A DNA stretch of 64,000 nucleotides from Vicinamibacterales bacterium (GTDB lineage Bacteria > Acidobacteriota > Vicinamibacteria > Vicinamibacterales > CAVVIG01). The position numbers and the translations under genes were made by a program. The stretch is taken from positions 33,583-97,582 of the forward strand of contig JBAUGX010000220.1 in the NCBI GenBank assembly GCA_049679965.1. Reading direction: 5' to 3'. Below are positions 9,436-18,356 of the stretch, in pieces (the first letter of the stretch is position 1; the number at the start of each line of letters is the position of its first letter). The notes under the pieces are model-generated. The model was given only the letters and a program-made list of their open reading frames with translations, searched no databases and was not told the DNA's origin.

Positions 9436-10790
9436 TGCCCGCGTCGCCGCTGACGCTGAATCGGTTTGCGGGGTTCTATGCACCGCTGGCGGCGACGAGC
9501 CTCTTACTCACAGTCACCAATCCGCTGCTGACCAGCGCGATGTCTCGGAGCGTGAATCCCGCGATTGCGCTGGCGGGGTTCGGCGTGGCGTTCTCGCTGT
9601 GCGGCGTCCTGTACAGTCCCCTTCTGGCCGGTCAGCAGGTCGCCGCGACCAAGCTCCTCGCCGGCCGTCCGTTCCGACCCATCCTGACCTTCTGGTTGCG
9701 GATCGGCACGCTCTCTTCTCTCGTGGCCGCCGCCGTCGCGTTCACGCCCCTGGGCCTATGGATCTTCAGCGACCTCATGGGTGTGTCCGGAGACATCTTC
9801 GATCAGGCGCGCACGGCCAGCGCGCTGCTCATCCCCGTTCCGTGGCTCACGGCGCTGCGATCAGTTCACCAGGGCCGCCTGGTCGCGGGGCACCGCACCA
9901 ACGCCATCGCGTTCGCCACCGGTGCTCGGACCGCCGTCCTGGGGCTCGTGGCCGTGGCACTGATTGTTTCAACTTCAGGCGGCGCCTGGGTCGGTGCGGC
10001 CGCCTTCACCCTGGGCCTGCTGGTCGAGACCATCTTGGTGACCGGCGCAGGGGTTGCCGCCGACGGAGCCTACCACCCGGTCGCCGCGGAGGGCGTCGAC
10101 TTTGGCGCGGCTGACGATCGCTTGCTGCGGTTCTCGACACCGCTCATGGTCAACGTGCTGCTGTGGTGGGCCACGCCCCTGCTCATCGACAGCGTGCTGG
10201 CGCGTTCTCCGTTCCCGGCCGAAGCGATTGCGGCGTTCGTGGTGGTGGAGGCCGTGGCCTGGTTTCTTGCAGCCCCTGTCGGGCAGTACCAGCATCTGAG
10301 TATCGGCCTGGTCGACTGTCAGGACGCACACCGCAGCGTCCAGCGCTGGTCCCTCGTCCTGGCCGCCGGCGTCGCGCTGTGTGTCGCGCTCGTGTCGATT
10401 TCTCCCGTGTCGCGGGTCATCCTGGGCGTAATCTTCAAGCTCGACTCGGGCCTTCTTTCCGACATCGGGGCGGCGCTCCCATTCACGGTGGCGTACCCTC
10501 TCCTGTACGGGCACCGGCAGTACTACCAGGGGCTGTTCACTCGTTGCGGCCGGTCCGATGCCGTAGGATGGGGCGCGGCGCTCCGCGTGACGGTCGTGCT
10601 CGTCGTCGCCGTGGCCGGTCTCAGACCTCTCGGAGACGCGGGGGCCACACTCGGCGTGCTGGCCTCGGCCGTCGGGCTCGTCGTCGAGGGCATCTTCCTC
10701 GAACGAGTTTCTCGCCGGCACGTGATGTCGCTGCTGCCGGAGTCGCGTCGCACGCCACACGAAGCACTGTCGGGCGGAGGAATCCCATGA
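9435..10790 (+). CDS. Polytopic membrane protein, MOP/MATE-superfamily-like (about 12 TM segments)
   Basis: ATG at 9435 overlaps the radical-SAM stop (TGATG). The protein has two hydrophobic halves with many helices. Family assignment is by general resemblance only. Confidence 0.55.
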   Translation: MPASPLTLNRFAGFYAPLAATSLLLTVTNPLLTSAMSRSVNPAIALAGFGVAFSLCGVLYSPLLAGQQVAATKLLAGRPFRPILTFWLRIGTLSSLVAAAVAFTPLGLWIFSDLMGVSGDIFDQARTASALLIPVPWLTALRSVHQGRLVAGHRTNAIAFATGARTAVLGLVAVALIVSTSGGAWVGAAAFTLGLLVETILVTGAGVAADGAYHPVAAEGVDFGAADDRLLRFSTPLMVNVLLWWATPLLIDSVLARSPFPAEAIAAFVVVEAVAWFLAAPVGQYQHLSIGLVDCQDAHRSVQRWSLVLAAGVALCVALVSISPVSRVILGVIFKLDSGLLSDIGAALPFTVAYPLLYGHRQYYQGLFTRCGRSDAVGWGAALRVTVVLVVAVAGLRPLGDAGATLGVLASAVGLVVEGIFLERVSRRHVMSLLPESRRTPHEALSGGGIP

Positions 10791-11476
10791 TGAAGCGATT
10801 CACGCACGGGAATCGGGGCGTGGCGGCAGGGACGCTCCTGGCGGCGGGACTGGCGATCGGCTCGTGCGGAGGTCCGGGAGCCAACGTCGGTCCACCGGCC
10901 GTCGCGTCACCGGACGCGCACCTTCCGCCCGGGTATGCGCTTCGATTGGATCGCCCGAACCGCGACGACACGGAGTTCGTCGCGACCTCCCGCGATGACG
11001 GCCTGGAAGTGCAAACGGGCCCCGCAGGGATCGTGTATCGGCCCGATCAGGTGGTCGACGCTGAACAGTACGCCGTGCATGCACGGCTCACCGAAATCAA
11101 TGCTCCCGTTGGGCACCTGGAGGGCTTCGGGCTGTTCATCGGTGGTCAGGACCTGCAGGGCGCCGGCCAGCGGTACATCTATTTTCTCATCCGCGGGGAC
11201 GGACGCTACCTCATCAAGCGACGTGACGGCGCCAACACTCCGGAGATCTCAAATGGATGGCAGCCGTCCAAGGCCGTGCGGTTCGCCACCCATCAGGACG
11301 GCGACATGACCAACGAACTGGCCATTGCCGTGGACCGTGGACGGCTGCGCTTCTCCTGCAACGGCGAACAGGTCGCCGACATGCCCGTTGGCGACCTGAG
11401 TGTGCGGGGCGTGGCGGGAGTACGGGTGAACCACAACCTTGTGGTGCGCATTCAGGATTTCCGCGTCGAGCGCTGA
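10787..11476 (+). CDS. Lipoprotein with a C-terminal DUF1080 / LamG-like (concanavalin-fold) domain
   Basis: ATG at 10787 overlaps the upstream stop (ATGA). Lipobox LAIGSC. The C-terminus GVAGVRVNHNLVVRIQDFRVER resembles the DUF1080 terminal motif. Confidence 0.5.
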   Translation: MMKRFTHGNRGVAAGTLLAAGLAIGSCGGPGANVGPPAVASPDAHLPPGYALRLDRPNRDDTEFVATSRDDGLEVQTGPAGIVYRPDQVVDAEQYAVHARLTEINAPVGHLEGFGLFIGGQDLQGAGQRYIYFLIRGDGRYLIKRRDGANTPEISNGWQPSKAVRFATHQDGDMTNELAIAVDRGRLRFSCNGEQVADMPVGDLSVRGVAGVRVNHNLVVRIQDFRVER

Positions 11477-11496
11477 CGATTCGAGGTGGCGGGCGG

Positions 11497-11712
11497 CTAC
11501 CGGCTGAAGCGTTCGCGTCTTGCCGCCAGCTCGGCCACGCCAATCTCGAGCGCATGCAGCAGGGCGATTTCCCGCTTGTCCGACGGGATGGCCTGCAGAT
11601 ACGCCACGATAGTCGGCCGGTTGATGACGAGCTCGCGGATGTGCATCGGCGCCGACAGTCCGCGCAGCGACGAGTCGATTGAGGCGGCGATGGGATCGAG
11701 GTGGTATTGCAT
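11497..11712 (-). CDS. Small hypothetical protein (71 aa from ATG 11712; ORF extends to 11757)
   Basis: ORF only; no family recognised and no clear SD. Confidence 0.3.
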   Translation of the reverse strand: MQYHLDPIAASIDSSLRGLSAPMHIRELVINRPTIVAYLQAIPSDKREIALLHALEIGVAELAARRERFSR

Positions 11713-11841
11713 GACCGTTCCGCTGGGCAAAGGCAGTGCCAGACACAACCGGTGCAAATAGGCGCGATCCCGCGCCTCGGCGTGACAGGTCCTGGGCCTC
11801 GATGACGGAACTGGCGTGCGGATACAAAGCGTGCGGTAACA

Positions 11842-13188
11842 TTGACCTCAGGACCTCGATTGGCTGAACCCGCCCCCGCAGAAGCATCCCCGACGGCCGA
11901 CACCATCACGTCTGTGGCAGCCCCGGCGCCCCCGGGCACGTCGTTCGGCTCCCGCGCCGCGCGGCGTACGCTCGCCGCCTTCGCCTACCGCGACTTTCGC
12001 GTGCAGTGGTTCGGCGCCTGCACATCGAGCGTCGGCACGTGGACGCAGTCGGCCGCCCAGAACTGGATGGTCCTGTCGCTGACCGGCTCTGCGTTCTATC
12101 TGGGTCTCGACGCGTTCCTGCAGCAGCTGCCGATCATGCTCTTCACCCTCATCGGCGGCGTGCTGGCCGATCGACTCGATCGCCGGCGGACGCTACTCAT
12201 GTCTCAGTACATGCAGATGACGACGGCCGTCGCGCTGGCGCTGCTCGTCTATTTCGATGTCGTCCAGATCTGGCACATCCTGGTGCTGTCGTTCGCGACG
12301 GGCCTGGCCCAGGCGTTCGGCGGTCCGGCCTATCAGGCGCTCATTCCCTCGCTCGTCGACAAGAAGGATCTGCCGAACGCCGTTGCGCTCAACTCGATCC
12401 AGTTCAACGTCGCGCGCGTGCTCGGGCCCTTGCTCTTCAGTGCGACGATCGCCGCGTTCGCGACGTGGCGCTACAGCGACCAGATGGGCATGGCCGCGTG
12501 TTTCGCGATCAATGCCGTGTCGTTCCTCGTCGTCATCTCGACACTGATGTCGCTGCGAGTGAAACATATCCCGCCGGTCGCCGTGCAGTCGATGGGCGAC
12601 GAGCTGCGCGGCGGCCTGTCGTACGTGCGCCATCACGACAACCTCGCGGCACTCATCGTCCTCGCGGCGGTCACGACGTTTCTCGGATTCGCGGTCCTGA
12701 CCTTCCTGCCACTCTTTGCGAAGCAGGTGTTCGGCGGAGACGCCCAGACCTACAGCCACCTGCTGGCGTTCTCGGGGGTTGGCTCGATCGTCGGCGCTCT
12801 TGTCGTCGCCTGGCTTGGCAAGTTCAGGCGCATGGGGCTGACCGTGCTGCTCGTGCAGGTGATCTACGGGATCCTGATTCTGCTCTTTGCCCTGTCGCGG
12901 GTGCTGTGGGTCAGCGAACTGCTGCTGTTTCTCACCGGCGTCGCGCTGATGATCGTCTTCTCGACGGTCACCTCGCTCGTTCAACTGATCGCGCCCAACG
13001 AGATGCGCGGGCGCGTGATGAGCATCTACATGGTCGCCTTCCGCGGTGGCATGCCGCTCGGCAGCCTCGCCAGCGGCTACCTCGCGACGTTCATCGGCGC
13101 CCCGATGGTCCTTGGCATCAACGGCGTCCTGCTCGTCGTCGTCGCCGGATATTTCCTCGCGCGCAGCCACGGAGTGAGGGAAGCGTGA
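11842..13188 (+). CDS. MFS transporter (EntS/MFS_3-like); start uncertain
   Basis: Twelve hydrophobic segments and a typical MFS loop (ADRLDRRRTLL). The listed start is TTG and no in-frame ATG lies upstream. Confidence 0.8.
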   Translation: MTSGPRLAEPAPAEASPTADTITSVAAPAPPGTSFGSRAARRTLAAFAYRDFRVQWFGACTSSVGTWTQSAAQNWMVLSLTGSAFYLGLDAFLQQLPIMLFTLIGGVLADRLDRRRTLLMSQYMQMTTAVALALLVYFDVVQIWHILVLSFATGLAQAFGGPAYQALIPSLVDKKDLPNAVALNSIQFNVARVLGPLLFSATIAAFATWRYSDQMGMAACFAINAVSFLVVISTLMSLRVKHIPPVAVQSMGDELRGGLSYVRHHDNLAALIVLAAVTTFLGFAVLTFLPLFAKQVFGGDAQTYSHLLAFSGVGSIVGALVVAWLGKFRRMGLTVLLVQVIYGILILLFALSRVLWVSELLLFLTGVALMIVFSTVTSLVQLIAPNEMRGRVMSIYMVAFRGGMPLGSLASGYLATFIGAPMVLGINGVLLVVVAGYFLARSHGVREA

Positions 13189-13877
13189 TTGAACTCCTTG
13201 CCAGCTCGGGGCTTGGTTCGCTGCTCGGCATGCGTCACGCGCTCGAGCCCGACCATCTGGCGGCCGTGTCCACGCTGATCGCCAGAGAGGCTGGCAGCCG
13301 CAGGGCCGCGTTTCTGGGCATGTGCTGGGGCGTCGGCCACACGTTCTCCCTGCTGCTCGTCGGCGTCGTGCTCGTCATCCTCCGCGCGGAGATGCCCGCG
13401 CGCGTCTCGAACCTGTTCGAATTCTTCGTTGCGCTGATGCTGATCGCGCTCGGTGCGCGCGCCGTCTTTCTGTCGGCACGTCGGGGCGTGGCCGGCCCGC
13501 CGCACGTGCATCACCACGGCCGTCTCGTCCACAGCCATCCGGGTGTGCCCGAGCACGTCCACATCGGTCACTGGACGCTGGCCCGCCGCCCGCTCCTCGT
13601 TGGCGCCATACACGGACTGGCCGGCAGCGGCGCGCTCACCGCGCTCGTGCTGACGACGCTGCCGACCACGGCGGCGAGGCTCGCATACATGGCGCTGTTC
13701 GGGTTGGGATCCACACTCGGGATGGCGGCGTTGTCCGGGCTGCTCGGCTGGCCGCTCGCGCGCATGGGCGCGCATCACGCCGTGGCCCGGACCGTGTCGA
13801 TGGTGGTGGGCTGCGTGTCGATCGGCTTGGGTGTCGCCTGGGGCTATCCGTTCATCTCACGTCTATTGTCCAACTGA
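13185..13877 (+). CDS. NiCoT/NicO-family nickel-cobalt transporter-like membrane protein with a His-rich loop
   Basis: GTG 13185 overlaps the MFS stop (GTGA). The signature RHALEPDHLAAV is the H-x4-D-H motif, GVGHTFS is the second signature, and the loop is HVHHHGRLVHSHPGVPEHVHIGH. Confidence 0.7.
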   Translation: MIELLASSGLGSLLGMRHALEPDHLAAVSTLIAREAGSRRAAFLGMCWGVGHTFSLLLVGVVLVILRAEMPARVSNLFEFFVALMLIALGARAVFLSARRGVAGPPHVHHHGRLVHSHPGVPEHVHIGHWTLARRPLLVGAIHGLAGSGALTALVLTTLPTTAARLAYMALFGLGSTLGMAALSGLLGWPLARMGAHHAVARTVSMVVGCVSIGLGVAWGYPFISRLLSN

Positions 13878-14364
13878 CCGGCACCGACTCGGGCACGAAG
13901 CACACCTTGTTGTCGCACGCCTGGTAGGCCACCGTGCCGGTCAGCCTGATCTTCGTACCAGGCTTCACCGAAGCCCCAATCGTCACGCCCTGCGTCAGGC
14001 GGAACGGACCCTTGTAGCCTGGCACCGGCCCGCCGGCCAGCGCATCGAACACCAAACCGACGTACTTGGGGTAGGTCAGCGTTCCCGCCTTCACGCTGGT
14101 GTGGGGATCGACTTTCACCGCGATTGGCAGGTAATCCTTGGCGCCAGGCGCGTAGACGTGAATCCCCTGCTTAGGCGCGATATCGATAAAAAGCGACACG
14201 AGCGCGCCAGGCTTCACGACTGCCGCGCTGGCGCTGGTCGCAATCGTGAGATGTCTGGCGATGACCGGTGGCGCCAGCGGCAGCGGTGGCGACGGATAGC
14301 CACCCGTCTGGGCGGCGAGAGGCACCGCCAGCAGGACGATGCCGGTCACGATCGCGAGGCGCAT
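13852..14364 (-). CDS. Secreted DsbD N-terminal-domain-like (thiol-disulfide interchange fold) protein
   Basis: Signal peptide plus the C-terminal motif VAYQACDNKVCFVPESV, typical of the DsbD alpha-domain family. Confidence 0.55.
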   Translation of the reverse strand: MRLAIVTGIVLLAVPLAAQTGGYPSPPLPLAPPVIARHLTIATSASAAVVKPGALVSLFIDIAPKQGIHVYAPGAKDYLPIAVKVDPHTSVKAGTLTYPKYVGLVFDALAGGPVPGYKGPFRLTQGVTIGASVKPGTKIRLTGTVAYQACDNKVCFVPESVPVSWTIDVR

Positions 14365-14386
14365 CTGTCCGGGATTATAGAACGAT

Positions 14387-14392
14387 TAGAAT
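14387..14392 (+). promoter_or_regulatory. Candidate -10 box TAGAAT 9 nt upstream of the phoB ATG (near-leaderless)
   Basis: The context is GGGATTATAGAACGATTAGAATTGAGCCCGAATG, with GATTA repeated at 14373 and 14384 (11-bp phase). No SD is present. Confidence 0.3.
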
Positions 14393-14401
14393 TGAGCCCG
14401 A

Positions 14402-15100
14402 ATGCCCGCACGCATCCTGGTCGTCGAGGACGATCCCGACATCGCCGAGCTGGTCGCCCGCTACCTCGACAAGGCTGGCTACACCACGACGCGTCTGTCG
14501 TCGGGGCGTGAAGCGCTCGACGCGGTCCGTGCGAAGCCGCCGGATCTGATCGTCCTCGATCTGATGCTGCCTCAGATGGACGGGCTCGAGGTGTGCCGCG
14601 CGCTCCGGGCGAACGACAAGACCGCCGCCATCCCCATCATCATGCTCACCGCTCGATCCGAAGAGGCCGAGCGCATTGTCGGCCTCGAGATGGGCGCGGA
14701 CGACTATCTGGCCAAGCCCTTCAGCCCCAACGAACTGGTGGCGCGCGTGCGGGCGCTGCTCCGCCGGGCGCAACGCATCGTACCGGTTTCGGGCCCCTTG
14801 ACCTACGGCTCGATCGCGGTCGATTCCGAGCGGCACACGGTGTCGTTGGAAGGTCGAGACGTGACGCTAACGGCCAAGGAGTTTCTCCTGCTCGAGTACT
14901 TGCTCCAGCATCGCGGACGCGTCCTGTCGCGCGATATTCTGCTCGAGGAGGTCTGGGGCTATCGCTATACCGGCGGAACCCGAACGGTTGACGTGCACGT
15001 GCGCCGCCTGCGCGAGAAGCTGCCGCTGCTGGCCGAGGCCATCGTGACCGTCAAGCAGTTCGGCTACAAACTCCTCGATCACCCGGCCGCGGACCGATGA
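14402..15100 (+). CDS. phoB: OmpR/PhoB-family response regulator (likely PhoB)
   Basis: A receiver domain ([14 protein letters not shown]) plus a winged-helix output domain. The gene is coupled to the kinase gene and lies adjacent to phoU-pst. Confidence 0.8.
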   Translation: MPARILVVEDDPDIAELVARYLDKAGYTTTRLSSGREALDAVRAKPPDLIVLDLMLPQMDGLEVCRALRANDKTAAIPIIMLTARSEEAERIVGLEMGADDYLAKPFSPNELVARVRALLRRAQRIVPVSGPLTYGSIAVDSERHTVSLEGRDVTLTAKEFLLLEYLLQHRGRVLSRDILLEEVWGYRYTGGTRTVDVHVRRLREKLPLLAEAIVTVKQFGYKLLDHPAADR

Positions 15101-16854
15101 CCAGGGGCTTTCAAGCCAAGTTCTTCCTCGCCGCCGTCTCGTCGGCCATTGTCGCGCTCATCGTGGCCGGGACGCTCTTCGCGACGATGATGCGCGGACA
15201 GATCGACCAGCAGATCGAGGCGACGCTCGTCGCCGAGGCCCGGCTGGCGGCAGAGCTGATCGAGCTCGCGCCCTCGCTCTCGACCGTCCCCGATCTTGAC
15301 GAAGTCGCCGATCGGATTGGGCAGCGGGTTGGGGCTCGCGTGACCTTGATCGCCGGCGATGGTCGCGTGATGGGCGACTCGTCGGAGCCGCCCGCAGGTG
15401 TGGCGGCGATGGACAATCACGCCGGGCGACCGGAAGTGGTCGAAGCGCGCGCCTCCGGGCTCGGCCACGCGCGCCGCCACAGCGACACCCTCAAGATCGA
15501 CATGTTGTACGTGGCCGTCCCGGTTCGGCACCCGGCGATCGCGTTCGTCCGTGTCGCGCTTCCGCTGACCGATGTCGGTCAACAGCTGCGGCCGGTGCTC
15601 ACGGTGACCCTCACGTCGCTCGCGATCGCCTTTATCGGCGCGGCGACCATTGCGTGGCTCTCGTCAGCCAGAATCGGTCAGCGCGTTCGCGGGGTGGCCG
15701 ACCTCGCCCGCCGCTACCGGAGCGGCGACCTGACCCCGCCGCGGATCGACTTTGGCGACGATGAGATGGGCGCCGTCGCACGGGCGCTCGACGAGTCGGT
15801 GCAGGAAGTCGGGCGCCGCCTCGCCGAGCAGGCGCGCGACCACGGCCGGATGGAGGCGATTCTCGCCGGCATGGTCGAAGGCGTCATCGTCGTAGATCCG
15901 CAGGGGCGGCTCCAGCTCGCCAACCAGGCCGCGCAGCGGATGCTGAAGCTCGACGCGCTCGCCCTGGGCCGGCCGTATGTGGAGACCATCCGGCACCCGG
16001 CGATTGCCGAACTGCTGGCGGCAGGGCTCTCGGGCCGCACGCCCGACGCCTTGCAGTTCACTCCCCCGCGCGACTCGTCGCGCGCCATCATCGCGAGAGC
16101 AGCGCCCGCGTCTCCAGACGCGGCGCACGGCGCGGTCGTCGTGATGCACGACATCACAGAGCTCAAGCGCGCCGACCAGATCCGCCGCGACTTCGTCGCC
16201 AACGTGTCGCACGAACTGCGCACGCCACTGACCGCCATACGCGGGTATGTCGAGGCGTTGTCGGATGGGGACGGTGACCCCGAGGAACATCGCCGCTTTC
16301 TGGCCATCATCACGCGCCACACCGAGCGCATGGAGCGACTGGTCAAGGACCTGCTGCGGCTGGCCCGGCTCGACGCCGGACAGGAAACGCTGGACATCAT
16401 CGGCTGCGATGCGCGGGCGCTCGCCCAGGCCGTCATCGCCGATCTCTCGATGGCCCTCGCCGAGCGTCACCAGAGAGTCGAGGTGGCCGTCGCGCCGGAT
16501 GCCGAGACGGTTCGGGGCGATCTCGGCAAGCTGCACGACGCGCTGCGGAATCTGGTCGCCAACGCGGTCACCTACGCGCCCGAGCACACCACGATTCGGA
16601 TCGAGGCCCGCCGAGCTGACGGCCGGGTCGCCATTGCCGTCTCGGACGAAGGACCAGGCATTCCCGAGGAAGATCTGCCGAGGGTGTTCGAGAGGTTCTA
16701 TCGCGTGGACAAGTCGCGCGCGCGCGATCCCGGAGGCACCGGTCTGGGGCTGGCGATCGTCAAGCACCTGATCGAGCTGCACGGTGGCGATGTGCGCGCT
16801 GAGAATCGCGCAGAGGGAGGAGCGCGTTTTACGTTGACACTCCCGTCGTCTTAA
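15097..16854 (+). CDS. phoR: PhoR-like sensor histidine kinase (TM-HAMP-PAS-HisKA-HATPase)
   Basis: H-box [14 protein letters not shown] and ATPase motifs [12 protein letters not shown]. The start overlaps the phoB stop. Confidence 0.8.
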   Translation: MTRGFQAKFFLAAVSSAIVALIVAGTLFATMMRGQIDQQIEATLVAEARLAAELIELAPSLSTVPDLDEVADRIGQRVGARVTLIAGDGRVMGDSSEPPAGVAAMDNHAGRPEVVEARASGLGHARRHSDTLKIDMLYVAVPVRHPAIAFVRVALPLTDVGQQLRPVLTVTLTSLAIAFIGAATIAWLSSARIGQRVRGVADLARRYRSGDLTPPRIDFGDDEMGAVARALDESVQEVGRRLAEQARDHGRMEAILAGMVEGVIVVDPQGRLQLANQAAQRMLKLDALALGRPYVETIRHPAIAELLAAGLSGRTPDALQFTPPRDSSRAIIARAAPASPDAAHGAVVVMHDITELKRADQIRRDFVANVSHELRTPLTAIRGYVEALSDGDGDPEEHRRFLAIITRHTERMERLVKDLLRLARLDAGQETLDIIGCDARALAQAVIADLSMALAERHQRVEVAVAPDAETVRGDLGKLHDALRNLVANAVTYAPEHTTIRIEARRADGRVAIAVSDEGPGIPEEDLPRVFERFYRVDKSRARDPGGTGLGLAIVKHLIELHGGDVRAENRAEGGARFTLTLPSS

Positions 16855-16900
16855 CTTTTTAGTTTTGACTTTTTCGTTCTAACTTTTGACTTCTACGTTC
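16852..16900. repeat. Seven heptanucleotide units (TAACTTT TTAGTTT TGACTTT TTCGTTC TAACTTT TGACTTC TACGTTC) filling the phoR/phoU convergent gap
   Basis: Read directly. The tract is T-rich on the + strand and spans from the phoR stop (16852-16854) to the phoU stop (16893-16895). Confidence 0.75.
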
Positions 16901-17552
16901 CTCCTGTCTGATGCCTGACGTCCTCGCCCTTGACCAGATAAATCACTTCCTCGCAGATGTTCACCGCGTGATCGGCGATGCGCTCGAGCGCGCGCGCCAG
17001 CAGGATGAGACTCATGCAGCGCTTGACCATCTCGGGGTCGTCGGTCCGATCGGTCAAGAGGTCCTTGAACGTCTGCCGGTTCAGCGAGTCCACCTCGTCG
17101 TCCAGCTTGACGACCTGCTCGGCCTTCTGCACATCTTCCTGGTCGAACGCCTGGAGCGCGTCGTGAACCATCTGGCAGGTGATCTCGGTCATCCGCGACA
17201 GGTCCTTCAGGGGGCGGGGCGGGGGATCGGATATGAACATCTCGACGTACTCGCAGTTGTTCACTGCGTGGTCGCCGATACGCTCCAACTCGGTGTTGAT
17301 CCGCACGACCATCAACAGGAACCGCAGATCCTTCGCGGTCGGCGTGTAGATGGTGATGAGGCGGATCGCTTCACTGTCGATCTCGATCTGAAACCGGTCC
17401 AGTTTTTCCTCGGCGGCCAGCACTTCCGCGATGATCGCGCGGTCGCGCGTCACGAGCGCACTGGAGGCCCATGCCACCATGCGCTCGGCCAGCGCGGCCA
17501 TCTCCATCAGGCGGGCCTTGACGCCCTTCAGTTCCTGCTCAAACTTGATCAT
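16893..17552 (-). CDS. phoU: Phosphate signalling regulator PhoU (copy 1)
   Basis: A two-repeat PhoU fold with paired E(R)IGD motifs (LERIGDHAVN and LERIADHAVN). Downstream of pstB. Confidence 0.9.
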   Translation of the reverse strand: MIKFEQELKGVKARLMEMAALAERMVAWASSALVTRDRAIIAEVLAAEEKLDRFQIEIDSEAIRLITIYTPTAKDLRFLLMVVRINTELERIGDHAVNNCEYVEMFISDPPPRPLKDLSRMTEITCQMVHDALQAFDQEDVQKAEQVVKLDDEVDSLNRQTFKDLLTDRTDDPEMVKRCMSLILLARALERIADHAVNICEEVIYLVKGEDVRHQTGGT

Positions 17553-17564
17553 GCCTGCACTCCT

Positions 17565-18356
17565 CTAACCATATCGGCCTTCCACGTACATTTCCGTCTC
17601 CTTGTGCGTGGGTTTCAAGAAGACGTCCACTGTCGGCCCGTGCTCAATCAACTCTCCGAGCAGCATGAAGATGCACTCGTCGCTGATCCGGCGGGCCTGC
17701 GCCATGTTGTGGGTCACGATCACGATGGTGAAGCGTCCTCGCAGTCCGTCCATCAGCCGCTCGATGGCGGCGGTGCCCTGAGCGTCGAGCGCTGAGCAGG
17801 GCTCGTCCATCAGGATGACGCTCGGCTTGAGCGGGAGCAGGCGGGCGATACAGAGCTTCTGCTGCTGTTCGAGCGTCAGGTGCGTCGCCTTGTGGTGCAG
17901 GATGTCCTTCACGGCGTCCCACAAGGCGACCTCCGTCAGCGACGACTCCACCAGCTCGTCGAGTTGACGCCGTGTCAGCGCGCGTGCGCCGGCGTGTACC
18001 CGAAGCCCGAACACGATGTTCTCGTAAATGGAGATCGGGAGCGGGTTCGGCCGCTGGAAGACCATGCCCACCGCCTTGCGCAACTCGCCGAGGCTCACGT
18101 CCGCGTCGTAGATGTTCTTGTCCAGTATCCGGACCGTGCCCGTGGTCTTCACGTTGCCGTATCGCTCGTTGAGGCGGTTGAGACTGCGCAGAAATGTCGT
18201 CTTGCCGCAGCCCGAGGGGCCAATCAGGCCGGTGATCAACCCTTCCCGGATCTCGACGGACACGTGCTTGAGCGCCTGGAAGTCTCCGTACCACAGACAC
18301 AGGTCCTCGGCCGAGATGGTGTACCGCACCGAAGACGTCGCCTCGGTCCCGCTCAT
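17565..18356 (-). CDS. pstB: PstB-type phosphate ABC ATPase with a degenerate signature motif (LTLEQ instead of LSGGQ)
   Basis: ATG 18356 overlaps the upstream stop (ATGA). Walker A GPSGCGKT, Q-loop MVFQ, Walker B ILMDEP and H-loop VTHNM are intact. The signature reads HLTLEQQQKLCIARL. Confidence 0.85.
   Translation of the reverse strand: MSGTEATSSVRYTISAEDLCLWYGDFQALKHVSVEIREGLITGLIGPSGCGKTTFLRSLNRLNERYGNVKTTGTVRILDKNIYDADVSLGELRKAVGMVFQRPNPLPISIYENIVFGLRVHAGARALTRRQLDELVESSLTEVALWDAVKDILHHKATHLTLEQQQKLCIARLLPLKPSVILMDEPCSALDAQGTAAIERLMDGLRGRFTIVIVTHNMAQARRISDECIFMLLGELIEHGPTVDVFLKPTHKETEMYVEGRYG

Noticed and set aside
12006-13184. The N-terminal 393 codons of the 623-aa ORF 12006-13877
   Set aside because: This part overlaps the MFS gene in another frame and has Arg-rich shadow composition. 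Only the part from GTG 13185, which carries the NiCoT motifs, looks real.
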